A DNA stretch of 64,000 nucleotides, from assembly GCF_009914755.1 (NCBI RefSeq), contig NC_060932.1; one strand, written 5' to 3'. Shown here one piece after another: positions 43,800-57,027 of the stretch. The notes below the pieces were generated by a model, which was given only the letters and a program-made list of their open reading frames with translations, searched no databases and was not told the DNA's origin. Position 1 is the first letter of the stretch; the number at the start of each line of letters is the position of its first letter. Origin of the DNA: the human T2T-CHM13v2.0 reference genome, Homo sapiens. A program made the translations under genes and the position numbers.

Positions 43800-44227
43800 A
43801 GTGGACAGGTCAGTTCCCTCCTGCCACGTTCCCTGGGCATGCACCTGCCCAGGGCTTTCTTTAGCTACAGGTGAATGATTGGCCCAACCACAGGGAAGGC
43901 TGAGAGTTTCTGGGAGTCGACTCCCCAGGGAGCAGCCTCCAACCAAATACAGGCAGGAGGTGGTACAGAAACTCCCCAGCTCTTTCTCTCCCTTTGCAGA
44001 ACAACTCTGCAACAACGCCATGCAGTCACTCAGGGGCTGTTGTACAGGTGAGTCCCAGGTACCCACGGTGGCCTTCTGCTCAGTAACATACCCTCCCCTT
44101 GGCTTGCTTTCTTTGTCTGTCTCACTTTGTCACTTCCTAAGTAGTGATTTCTAAGATCACCTCCCAAACAAACTCCTTGCTCTTGAATCCCCTCCTTAGG
44201 GGCTACATGGGATCCCAGCCTTAACCA
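43800..44227 (+). mobile_element. ERVL LTR16C-like solo LTR
   Basis: ccccagggagcagcctccaaccaa...gatcacctcccaaacaaactccttgctcttgaatcc. Confidence 0.65.
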
Positions 44228-46170
44228 ACGGATAAAACCAACTTGCCCAGGACCAAATGAGGAGGTAGATGTGGATGCTTTGAGGCCCAGCACAAGATAT
44301 GACACAGGACTTCTCAGCAAATGGCAATGTTCCTGTAACGAGGCAACTGCATCCCCAGTGAACTTGACATGTACCCACCCCCACGCTGACCCCTTCTTCA
44401 CCTCCTCCACACACCTTTGCTTAGCTCAGCATATCTTTGCACACTCCATACAGATTCCCAGGCCATTACTGGCCTGGGCTGTGGCCAGAGATAGGATTTA
44501 TGAAAATTCAATAAGGTTTTATCCACCACGGAAGCTTTTAATAAGTTCAAGAGGTAGCCAAGATACTAAACAGTTGATTTACAGCCTCTTGACTAGAGCC
44601 AGCCAATTACTTTTCAGGTGGACTTACTTAGGCGGGAACATATTTCATGGGTGATTTTTGCTGGCTCTTCGGTGGCAGGTGGGGTGAATTGTGTCCGCCT
44701 CCACAGCCAGCTTTCTGTAAGGGCTGATAAGGTGAATCTGCAGGGAGTAGACAGGGTCACGTAGAACCCTGGTAAGTGATGGGGGTGCCTCATTCAGGTT
44801 ACGGGTCTGCAGTTTCACTTACAACCCTTTCTCTATGCTAAGGAGCGAGTGCCACATGAAGCAGCATCCTAACTCCAGCAGAAGGGGCCCTATTAAAGGA
44901 GAATTTCAGAAAGAAGAAGGCATAAACTATTGTGTTCTCTCGCTGCACTTATTGTTACAGTGTTCCTTCCAGTTACAAAAAGACTCAACAAAAATAGCCA
45001 AAGAACAAAGGTAAAATGAATGTAATGAAGTGGGCAGTTTTACCTGAGAATGTGTTTTAAGGAAAACAGTTTAACCAAACTAGACATTCCCAAGGGCATT
45101 CCACACGCCTCCTTCCATGCTTTTCAGGAAGATCTAAGAAGACACAGAGCTACCTGGTCTTCTTGTCACCATGAAACAACCCATCATTGTGAGTGGGTAG
45201 AAATAACAGTGAGGGGGTGATTTCTGGTGTGGAAGCCAGGAGGCCTGCTCCAAAATGGGAGGACGAAGGAGAATTTCAGGGAGAGAGTGAGAGGCCCAAG
45301 AACTACTCTGGATGTAAGAGAACCACAGAAGAAAAGGAAAGGGGGATTTTCTTTCACAAGTAATATTTTGGGTAATAAATTGGATTTTCCTTCTTATTCT
45401 TTGAGAGTCATGCATGAAGAATGATATTACTCTTAATCACTCTTGGTCGTGGCCTTCATTTATTGAATGCAATACCAGACAGCAACTAGACCATGTATTA
45501 CTCCAGTTTATATTCCAGTTGCATTTAATAAAGATAAAGTTAGATTGTGCTTTTGGGTTAAGATAATAGTAACAACAACAATAATACATGGGTAGTTTAG
45601 GTATTCCATGGCTTAGCAAGCACTGAGTATTTGAGCTTCTTTTAAACAATAGCAAGACAGGGCTTTTAAGAACAAAGTAAATGCACTTTTAAGGTGCATT
45701 AAGAGGGTATGATGTCTTTATCAAAGAACGGACTAAACAGAAGAATAGGCTTCAAGGTTGTAAACTGGTCTTATGTCCCAAAAACTATCATTCAGTAAAG
45801 AAGGAAAGAAAATATGTGTTCTTTGTGGTACAAAAGGGAGAATTAAAAGCAGTGGGTGGAAACTACAGGATACCATAATGTTATTCTCAATGAAAACAAA
45901 ATTCTACTGAATTTCCATTATCTATGGAAATATATTTTTAAACTGCAGAGCCAGATGTACTGGCTTTGAAAGAAGTGTGCCTTCTATTTCTAGAGGCATT
46001 CAGGTGGAGGCCGAAGATATTGATAGCAATCCTCAACCTGAACGGGAACACACTTCATTGATTCTTAAGATCCCTATAACTCAAAGTTTTAGCAACTCTT
46101 AAAGCTATCACCCCTAGTGAGTTTGTAAACTAACACCTAGTAGACTGATGTGAATTATTCATTAGAACTA

Positions 46171-46463
46171 GCGGTGGCTCACGTCTGTAATCCCAGCACT
46201 TTAGGAGGTTGAGGTGGGTGGATCACAAGGTCAGGAGTTCAAGACGAGCCTGGCCAACACAGTGAAACCCCATCTCTACTAAAAATACAAAAAATTAGCC
46301 AGGCGTGGTGGCAGGCACCTGTAATCTCCGTTACTCGGGAGGCTGAGGCAGGAGAATTCACTTGAACCTGGGAGGCGGAGGTTGCAGTGAGCTGAGATTG
46401 CACCACTGCACTCCAGCCTGGGCAACACTGCGAGACTCCATCTCAAAAAAAAAAAGAAAGAAA

Positions 46464-46538
<75 letters not shown>

Positions 46539-46563
46539 GAAGGAAGAAAGAAAGAAAGAAAAG
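46171..46563 (+). mobile_element. AluS with a (GAAA)n tail (46457-46563)
   Basis: Alu body, then A-run and GAAA/GGAA repeats ending 80 bp from the next exon donor. Confidence 0.95.
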
Positions 46564-46642
46564 AGTGTTTCTGCAGGCAGGTCCAACAGGAAATGGCTGT
46601 ATGTCCTGAAAGCAAGTAAGAGCTGGATAAATAAAGACTTAC

Positions 46643-46720
46643 AGGAGGGCCAGCAACCCCAATGCCTGGGTCACCACGGCTGCCAGGAGAACCAGGGATC
46701 CCAGGAGCTCCTCGATCCCC
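46643..46720 (-). CDS. COL22A1: Collagen exon, 78 bp, [26 protein letters not shown] (G-I-G imperfection)
   Basis: Acceptor tttttctctctttctag, donor CCT|gtaagt. Confidence 0.95.
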
Positions 46721-48999
46721 CTAGAAAGAGAGAAAAATAAGATCAAGGAGGTCAGTGCCAGGAAGGAGAGGGCTAGGGTACAAAATGAATCATGCTTCTT
46801 CTAGAATCCTGACTGCAGGCTTCTCCTGCCACCTGGCCTCCATGGGCCATGCTATAGTCTACCCAGGCAGCCCATCATCCCACTCAGCCCAATATTCAGG
46901 GACCACAGCCACCAACTCAGATTATATACCTTTCAAGGACGACCACTCCCGGACCAACCTTGACCATGGCTCTAAATGTGATTATAACACTATGGCCCTC
47001 CCCATGTGAGCATTGTCCAAATCTACCATGCTTTCTTCAAACCACATCAGACCCTCATCCTAACTATACCCCAGATTTGCGCATGCACCCACATTTCAAT
47101 TTAGATCCCAAATCACCCATAAATTAATTTATCAATTCACCAATAATTTGCCAAGTACCTACATTTTGCACATCATCCTTCTGGATGTGGGAGGAGGAGC
47201 CTAAAGGGGACCGAGATAAGACCTTTGCCTTCAAGCATAGTTAACAGTGTGGACGTGGGTGTCAGAGGCCTGGATTTAAGTTCTGGTTTCAACACCTATT
47301 AACTGTTAACTTAGGAAAGTGATGAGTTCCTATGCTCTAGTTTCCTCACCTACAAGGGGAACAGGACAGGAGCTGCCAGGTCTGCAGATGTTGTGCTCAC
47401 TCTATGAGATTATGCAGAGAGAGTGCTTGGCACAGAGCCCAGCACAGCACTGAACCTGAGCTAGGAGTTGTGTTTGCTTCTGTTCTCGTTGTACTGCCAT
47501 GCTGGACTTTGATGGAAAAGGAAAAAGGAGGGAGAAATTGAAAAAGGGAAGAAATTTTGTTTGCCATTTCCTGGAGAACATGGCCAAGGCCGAGCCACGC
47601 CTTATTCGTAATTTCAAAATCCTCAGCCCTTAAAAACAAGTGTTGATCTCAACTCAGTTGGCAGCAAAACCTGACTTGTGCTATTTGCAGTCTTTGGTTA
47701 TTCCATTGTGTGTTGAACATTTACATATTTTTGTCGCCTAAGGATTAATGTGCTTGATTAGGGGTGTTGCCCCAGATACTATCATAAATGTCATTATGTG
47801 TATATTTTGCATATTACCTTTCCAAAATCGAAATTGAATTTGGCCCAAAACAGACATGGCCCCAACAGTTTTGTGTAGGAGGCCATGATCCTGAGCTTAT
47901 TCAGCCAGCTGAACCACAGTCAAGCTTGAGGCCAAGACGGCAGGTGATCTTGCTCAAGCCACTTAATACCTCTGGAATGAGTTAACTCGTATGACAAACG
48001 GAAACAGCCTCAGAAGCTTGTTATGAAGAGCCAATGAGATAATGTTGCAGCTAATTAAGGTAGAACTCGATATTGCTAGGTAATTTGTTGCTTTATTAAG
48101 GTTTAGGTTATTGTGCATTACAAAATATCTCATTCATGGCTCTAAGATGACTTGCCTTTCCTATAGTACAACCGTTGCCTGGATGAGTACATAAGCTATG
48201 TATTCATTCAACTAATGCTTATTCATTCACTGCAAACCATATTCTAGATTCCAAGCCCAGAAGATTACTCAGTGCCCATTGTCAATACTCAGTGCTAAGT
48301 TCAGAAGAGAAGGGATGTTCATGGGGATATGAAGGAACAGACCTTGCGAAGTTCTCACAAAAGACACAAACCAAGACCTAAATCTCTCACTAGGTCTCCT
48401 TGACATCATTTCTTCCCCTGGTCCCTCTGGGCCTCTGAGTCACACTACCTGCTGTTTCTGGGTCCCTAGGAGTCAGCAACATCCCTTGCCCTGCCCTCAT
48501 CTCTGCCAGCAGTTCCCTCCTCAAATTTTCTGTAAATTCTCAATTAGTATAATCTGTTTCTTTAGAATAATATGATATGAATGGTTCTTGGAAGTTCAAG
48601 ATACTTCGGATCCCTAGAAAATCTAACTAGTTTCTATGGGGTGGTTGGGGAATAGAGGGAGTAAAAAAAAAAATAAGACAAATATGGAAACAAGTGTCAT
48701 GAACCAAGAATGACCATCATGACATGTGATTTATCTGTCACCAGTTCATTGTAGCAATGGAGAGGGGCATGTAGGAAGATTTCAAGCTGGTAGTCAGGTG
48801 ATTCTAGGTCCAGTCTCAGGACCAAATCAACCCCATCCTGTGACCTTCGGTAAGTCCCACAACCTCTCTGCATCACTGGGTCCTCATCAATTAAAAAAAA
48901 GTTCTACCAAATCCTCATGTATCTTATGAAGACATTTAAAAACAACTATATAAGGTTGAGAAATACATTGTATATTATGGTTGCATTATTATCACTTAT

Positions 49000-49250
49000 T
49001 TATTATTTCTTTATTTTTGAGACAAGGTCTTGCTCTGTCACCCAGGCTGGAGTACAGTGGTGTAATCATGGCTCACTGCAGCTTTGACCTCTCAAGTTCA
49101 AGCAATCCTCCTGCCTCAGCCTCCCTCCATAGCTGGGACTACAGATGTGAACCACCACACCTGCCTAATTTTTGACATTTTTTATAGGGATAGGGTCTCA
49201 TTATGTTATCTAGGCTAGTCTCGAACTTCTGAACTCAAACAGTCCTCCCT
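49000..49250 (-). mobile_element. AluJ, 5'-truncated
   Basis: ttgagacaaggtcttgctctgtcacccaggctggag...ctcgaacttctgaactcaaacagtcctccc. Confidence 0.9.
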
Positions 49251-49701
49251 CTATTATTACCTTATATGCAGAGGTAGAAGATAGAAAGTGAACTAAACAC
49301 ATATAAATGTCAGATAAATCTATATTTCTTTGCACTTTGGTTTTGCTTTAAAAATCTTAATGCAGATTTTCCTGTTATTCTTATTTTCTGTTTTAGTTTG
49401 AAACAGAAACTGTCCCTTTCCTGTCCCAAGGCCATGGTCCATGTACATCAGCAAACCGTGACCATTGCAAGCTAAGTCATGTCAACAACCTAGTTTGTAT
49501 GCTTCCATGGTATTTGTTTGCTCTTCTGTTTTGTATACATGCTATTTCCCCTTGTCTGGGATCTTCTTCCATCCATGTTCTAAGCTTCCAAAGCCTACTT
49601 ATCAACTAAGACTCAGTCCCATTATTTTGTTGTTATAAAGCTGCCTCTGCCTGTCTTGTCCTTCTGTCTTTTTGCAAATGTTTGCATAGATCTTCACTGA
49701 C

Positions 49702-49761
49702 CTTAACACATTGCCCTCCCAGTGCACAGTTTTCTGACCCTCTGACTTTTCCGCAAGCAGC
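49702..49761 (-). CDS. COL22A1: Non-collagenous cassette exon, 60 bp, AACGKVRGSENCALGGQCVK
   Basis: Acceptor attttctactttcag, donor AAG|gtcagt, phase 0, no stop. I recall this 20-aa segment as present in the reference COL22A1 protein and absent from a shorter isoform. Confidence 0.85.
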
Positions 49762-52731
49762 CTGAAAGTAGAAAATCTTCACTCATTTCTTCACCAAACA
49801 AATGTTTACCAAGCACCTAAAATAATTCAGCCCCTCTGTTAGGTACTGGATCTATGCATCTCTGTATCCACAGTGTCCAGATTAGGGTCTGGCACAGGTG
49901 GCAGCTAATAACCATTTCCTGGATGCAGGAACAAAAGAATCCTCCATCCATCATTCTGTGTCAGGCATTGAGATCTGCCTTTGACCAAAATAAACTTTTT
50001 CAGAGGAGGCAGCATGACAGAAAGGCCTCTCCCAGCCCAGTCTGGAAGCGTGGAGTCACTGACTGCTTTCTGCTACACTAGGTGTGGCTCCGTTTGTCTG
50101 TTTACGGTCCACTGTGATGCTAACAAATTCCCCCAAGAAATGACCTTACAATTTCATAAACTGAAACTTTTAGAAAACGGCCCCAAGAAGAGCAAAAATA
50201 TCTTAATGTTCTGACAGGAAAAGCCAGAAGGCTAATGGTTAAGAAAGAACAGAGCACATGAGCTAGAATCGGTAGCACAGTGTCCAAGGAAGAGATGTGG
50301 GAGGAAGGAAGTGTGGGGGTTGTAGACGGAGGATGATATTTATTGAGCAACAGCTGTGTGTCATAAGATCATAGATCTCCTGAGGAGCCCTGTAGGGGTT
50401 AAACACTCTTTACTCCTTCATACGGAAAAGGAACTGAGGCTCAGAGAGACAAAGCCACTTGAGCCACTTGCCTTTGAGTCATCTGTCTTGTAGGTAGCTG
50501 AGCTGGGATTCTAACCCAGTTCTGTATGAAGCCAAAGCTTACTTATCCTGCTAGAAACAAGTGCCACTCAAGAGAAGTACTGGCATCTTCAAGAGTCTTC
50601 CTGCAGTTATAAGGAATTAGAAGGGGCCAAGGGGCAGCCAAGGAAAACCTTCAAATAACTCCCTTCCTTGATTTCCTAAGGAAATTTCCTTAATTTCAAT
50701 CAGCACCTGGGACAGTACCAGGGCAAGCCTTGTGGATGTCACCCTCTCTAGGATCTCTTTCTCCACCTCTCCCTAGCTTCCCCTGCTTCTTACCTTCTTC
50801 CTCCGGCTGAGCAACCCATTCTTCAACGAAAGATGACCTCAAATTCCAATTTGTCTTCCCAATGCCAATTGACTATGGAAAGCTTTCTAAGCCACATTCT
50901 GACTTACACATTTACACAATATCAACACTGGAATGGGTCATGTGTTTAGACATCTCACATTTTAAGTAGGAGGAAACATTTGGCCAAAGGAGCAGTATGA
51001 CTTGCTCTGAGACTCACGGAGTTGAAACTGATTGGTCAACTGGACCCATGTCAGGGATGTCTGCACTCTTCCCCCCGGGGGGGGGTCTCAGCCTGCCTCT
51101 GCTCTTTAATGCTGCCTCCCCCACTTCCCCTAGGCTTCCTCCAACAACTGCATGCCTGCAGAGATAAACCCCTGCCTTCTTGCTGCCACCCCACAGAGTG
51201 ATCTAATAATAAGGATCTAAGCATAATCATAATAATTAATAATAAGGTCTAAAGCAGACCCCACAGAGTGATCTAATAATAAGGATCATGAATATTTACT
51301 GAGCAAGTAACTGTGACCGGCACTATGCTAGGCAACTGTATGTATGCATACTTGTATGATAACATTTATTTTTCCCCCAGACTCTGCCTGTGAGTTAGGT
51401 AGTAATACACTCTGAGCCTACCCATCAATGGATCTTTGGGATCCATTGGATCAATGGATCACTAAGATCCCAAAGATATAGCTACAGAATAAACAGGATA
51501 AAGGGGAAAAAAGGTCTCCTACTGTTAGATCAGTGGTCATACAGAAGGAGCATTTGAAGCCACTTTGCTGCTCCACCATTTCTGGTGCTCTCACCTTCCT
51601 GTCTTCCAAGAGGCTATCAATACCCTCTAGATCCTAATGCCCTCTAGGCCCTGAGGGTCCCTGAGGTCCTTCTCCTCTAAGGGGAAAGAAGTGGAGCCCC
51701 TGAGCACTGCAGATCGGACTGGGCTGTGTGCACCACATCACGGGGGAGCCTGCCACGTATCTTCAGATTGGTGGTTAATGCACAAAATCCTCCAGAATCT
51801 AGGTCCTAATTCCTTAATCTGCCCCTCTCCATATAAACCCACTGTTCCAGGCATATGGAACTATTTTATATGATCCCGCAGTCAGGGAAATGAGGAGTGG
51901 TTATGTATTTACTCATATCACACAAAAACATTTTCCCTTTTGAAAAATATTTTCACTGTGAACATCACCCTTAGGAAAAAGCACATTGGTCTACATTGAC
52001 CAAATTAGTGTAAGCTTGGGATGTTTACAGAGGTCACCTCACCTGCTTGAATAAGGGGAAACCATGAAGCAATGAAATTTAATATAGATAACAGTAATTA
52101 TTTCTGGAGCCTCACATTTTCATATCTTGCATGTTATTGTAAGCAAGCCTCTCACATACAATTTGAGAAGCAATACACTCTGCGTTTATGTTGTTGAGAT
52201 CCCAAAGGTGCAAGTATAGAAAGAAATAAATAAAAAGGGGAAAAAACATCTCCTACTGTTTGAAGAATGGTTTCTGGGGCTTAGAATAAAACTTTCAGTA
52301 ATAGCAGCATGCATGCATTCCAGAAGTGTTGAATCTTTAAAGAACTCAGGTGGAATGCATAGTAATCAGCTCTGGAGAAGTGCCAGCTGACTTAGAAAGT
52401 GGCTCAAGGGATGATGACGGAAGACATTGAAGGCATATAGGAAACTTTAAAAATTGTTTTCATAGACATATGCAAGTACAAAAGAAGTAATATAATTTTA
52501 CAATAACACTTTTATTATTATTTTGAATATGCATGTCAAATGAAAGCCCAAAATGTAAACATTCTCAAGTCAGTCATTGACTGTTTCACCCACATTTTTA
52601 AAAGTTGATGCATCTGAGTTAGTCAAATAATTTTCACTGGATATGGGCATACCTAGAGCTCATGCTCTTCTCTGAACACATTCTGCCTCATGCCTCAGTG
52701 TCTTTTTCCCTGTTAATTCCCCTGCCAATGA

Positions 52732-53084
<353 letters not shown>

Positions 53085-53529
53085 CTACATGCACTTTAAA
53101 ACCAGGACAAACATCTCCTTCTTCAAGAAGCCATGATAATGAAACCATGCTGGGTTAGCGAGCCCCCTCTGAGCCCACATGTGCCCTGAGCTACCCTCTC
53201 TCCTAGCACTCATCTGCTTTTCGTCTGTTGACATATCTGTTTTCCTGGCTGAACCGTGAGCCACTGGAGGTCCTGAAACACATGATATGCACTGTTGTCA
53301 TCCCACAGCTCACCTTAAAATCTTACACATGTGGTAAGAAACTCAGCAGACATGCAGTATATAAAGTAATGAATGCATTGGTAATTGATTGGTAATTGAT
53401 GCGTAAATGAATGAATGATTCATTGTAGAAGGTATTTTAGGAAACTTCCCTGTCCACTCAGGAAATTTCTCCTAAGAACACTTCCCCATGAAAAAGGTCA
53501 TAGTTTCTGAATTGTGGGTGCAACTGAAT

Positions 53530-53920
53530 TGAGGAAGAGACTGGCTGGTATTTAGCAAGCATTTCTCTTTTCCTCCTGTGTGCCTCAGCAGACGACATGC
53601 CCCAGTCTCCCCTGTGTGACTGTCACTAGGTGTTGGTGGAAATGAATTAGCAATCTCCAGGCCTGGCCCATAAAATCCTCCCACAGGGTTCTCCACTCTC
53701 TTTTCCTTTACTTATTATTGCACCCCAAGAATTTGGTAGAAGATTCTGAAACTAAAGGATGGAAGAGCCATGGGATTCACACGTGACCACTGAATGGCTG
53801 TGTGGATCAGAACTCCCCACAGCAAGACTCCCATAGACCTAGTGTCCATGAGATATGAACTTTTACTGTGTTAAGCCTCTGAAATTTTAGAATCATCTGG
53901 TACCACAATGAGACTCATAA
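53530..53920 (+). mobile_element. Old MaLR LTR (MLT1I/J-like)
   Basis: ctccaggcctggcccataaaatcctccc...gaacttttactgtgttaagcctctgaaatttt. Confidence 0.65.
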
Positions 53921-54054
53921 TTCAAGACTGCTTAGACCTATCGCTCTGCCGATTGAAAGTCAGTGTCTCCCACCACTTCATTTAATGGTAAGTATTTATT
54001 AAGTACCGATTATATGACAACTACTTCAATGTAACAGTTAAGAGTCATAGAAAT

Positions 54055-54363
<309 letters not shown>

Positions 54364-54509
54364 CTAGAACCTTTAGTCAAATGGAACACGATGAGCTGAG
54401 AAACATGGAAGTGGACTGAGGTAACCGGAGATGCTTATAATCAATTTTTCCACGTTCTCTTTCAAACGGCAACTCGCGGCACCCACAGTTTTCTTGGACA
54501 AGCACTCAC

Positions 54510-54554
54510 CTTGGTTCCTAGGGGTCCAGGGAGTCCAGGTGATCCACGGAGTCC
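54510..54554 (-). CDS. COL22A1: Collagen exon, 45 bp, GLRGSPGLPGPLGTK
   Basis: Acceptor ttatttatttctccag, donor AAG|gtgagt. Confidence 0.95.
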
Positions 54555-55292
54555 CTGGAGAAATAAATAATACAAGGACAATCATGGAGCTGAGAGTGAA
54601 CACTGACCCATCCACCACGTGCCAGGCTGACTGCATCCTCTGCTGGGGACCCAGAGATGGGTGAGACTCACTATGACCTGACTTGCACAAAAGAAACAGA
54701 ATCTGGTTTTGAGCCACAAGGCCCTGGATGTGAATTCCGACTCTGCCTCCTACTGTCTCTGTGTGGCCTTCAGGAAATCTCTTAGCCTCTCTCAGTTTGC
54801 TTTCCCATTGAAGAGCCTTATTGTATAGACTTGCGCAAGTAAGGGGCAAGGCCTCGTTTCAAAGCAGGCTTTGAAACCTTCACTTCAGGCTGAAGGGCTT
54901 TGGCACTCACAGCCACAATGAAAACCATGATTCTACGTTTGGAAGTCTTGGCTGAAAGCACCAGAGTAGACCAGAAGTCCTTCTTTACGCATACCACACT
55001 TGTCCTGAGCTGTGGGGATGTGTTTGCCTGACTGTCTCTCCATGAGATGGGAGCATCTCCAGGGCGCAGCCTGTCTCATCCATCTCTGTATCCCCAGCAC
55101 TGGCCCAGGCTGGCATGTGGCCAGCAGCCCATGAGGTTGTGCTGCCCTAGCCTGAACCCCTTTCCCAACCAGGCCCATTTCATTGGCCACGGTTCAATTT
55201 CTGCAAAGTTTGGCAGTTAGATTTTTTTCCTTTTCCTTCTCTAATTTTCACCTGGTTTCTACAGGCACTGGGACCCCCGACCTTCCACTTAC

Positions 55293-55397
55293 CGGCTCTC
55301 CATCCTTCCCTTTTCCGGGTGGCCCAGGGAGCCCAGGAGCACCAGGATCTCCCCTGGGACCAACTGGCCCTGGGCTGCCTTCTTCCCCCGCTGCACC
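55293..55397 (-). CDS. COL22A1: Collagen exon, 105 bp, GAAGEEGSPGPVGPRGDPGAPGLPGPPGKGKDGEP (G-K-G imperfection)
   Basis: Acceptor cttttctttccag, donor CCG|gtaagt; visible in ORF 55248-55430. Confidence 0.96.
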
Positions 55398-55558
55398 CTG
55401 GAAAGAAAAGTAGACATTTCCCAGGGTCAATTACACTCAGCACGAAGCTTTTCTATGGGGGAGCAGCTTGAGTAGGTTTGTAGGTTTCCTGGGGCTGCCT
55501 TTATGATTTTAGAAGGCCCATGCTTTCTGGGACACAGAAAGATGGACTGTGTAATGTG

Positions 55559-55961
55559 TGTTATAGGTTACATTGTGTTCCCCAAAATTCGTGTCTTGAA
55601 GTCCTAACCCCTACTACTTCAATGCACAGATGTGATTAAAGTTAGGATGAGGTCATACTGGAGTGTGACCCTCCCCAATGGTCCTAATCCAATATGAGTA
55701 GCGTCTTTTAAAGAAGGAAGCATTTGGACATACATGCATAGAGGCAAGAGGACACAAATACACAGGGACAAGACACCACCAATGAGCCAAGGAGAGAGGC
55801 CTGGAACAAATGCTTCCTTCACAGCCCTGAGAAGGAGCCAGTCCTGCCAACACCTTGACTGAGGACTTCCAGCCTCCAAAACTGGGAGAAAGTACATTTT
55901 TGGCTGTTTAGGCCACCCAGTTCATGATACTTTGTTACTGCAGCCTTAGTCAATCAACTCA
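55559..55961 (+). mobile_element. MaLR LTR (MLT1B-like)
   Basis: tgttataggttacattgtgttccccaaaattc...gccaacaccttga...ggacttccagcctccaaaactgggagaa...actttgttactgcagcc. Confidence 0.85.
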
Positions 55962-57027
55962 ATGCAAAACATGGAAAAGGAAAGGACGTTAGTGACGACC
56001 TCCCACCCAGTGCGGGCAAATCTATTTCCGGTGCATCTCTTACAGATCAGCCCTCATTTCTGCTTGAACTCCTCTGGGAGCGGAGACCTCACTACCACTC
56101 CACACTGGGCATTCCTTTGTCAGGTAGCTCTGTTATGCAACATTTCTTTATACTCAACCTTCTCTGAAATCTTCCCAACATTGGACACTAAGTCTGTTCC
56201 CTGGAACCCTGTAGATACAATCCAATCCCTCTTACAGTTAGGTTTTCAACTATAAGAACAGAGCCTAAAGCTGCAATGGAGAGAGCAAGAGAGAGAGAGT
56301 GTGAGAGTGCTAGCATGGGCACCGGGGTCGGCTTGAGGACCTGGGCTTTGAGCTTGCTCCAGGCCAGTGCTTCATCTTCTCTGACGACAGGGCTCTGAAC
56401 AGCCCTTGTGGCGGCCCTGACTGTGGAACACTGGGTTGAGCCCCGCGAACCAGACGGACTCCTTTCCCCAGACTGGGCTGCCCTGGGTGGAAGCTGCAAT
56501 CACAGTGTTTCCAGACATTCTCAGATGGAGCAGAGGTAAGGTAAGATGAGCCAAGGATATGCAAAGCAAGGATGGAGAGGGCCTCTCTCCAAGCCTGGAG
56601 CAGGATCAGCTTCCCCTAGCCGCAGGCCAGCCCCTGGACATGGTGTGAGAGGGAAAAAGTATGCTGTGATGTCCGGGATTTTTACCACTTTGCAGAGCCC
56701 TGGAGGTTCCTTTCCAAATCCCCGGCCCGGCCCTCAGCCTGGGCCTCTGCTCAGCCAAGGAAAGGCATTTGGCTCCCTCTAGAGGCTGAATGTGGCAATA
56801 GCCCACTGATTTCTGGTTTCTGAACATGCACCTGTTAGTCCTCCTAAGAGGCCATCCCCTTCCAGGTTACCAATGTCCTACTTATAATGTGCCGTCCTTC
56901 AGACATGGTATAATTAAGGAATACCAGATGAATCCAGATGTTTTTCCTTTGCTTAATCTAGGCAGTCTGAAATGGCATTATCTTCTTTTCAAAAAATGAA
57001 TGTTTGTACCTGTATTACATAAGGTTT

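Noticed and set aside
48412-48445. Minus-strand LRGPEGPG collagen-like snippet
   Set aside because: Only two triplets and no matching splice sites; consistent with chance.
51188-51287. CRISPR-like repeat-spacer-repeat (30 bp / 40 bp)
   Set aside because: Only two repeats, the spacer derives from the repeat itself, the context is a eukaryotic intron, and there are no cas genes.
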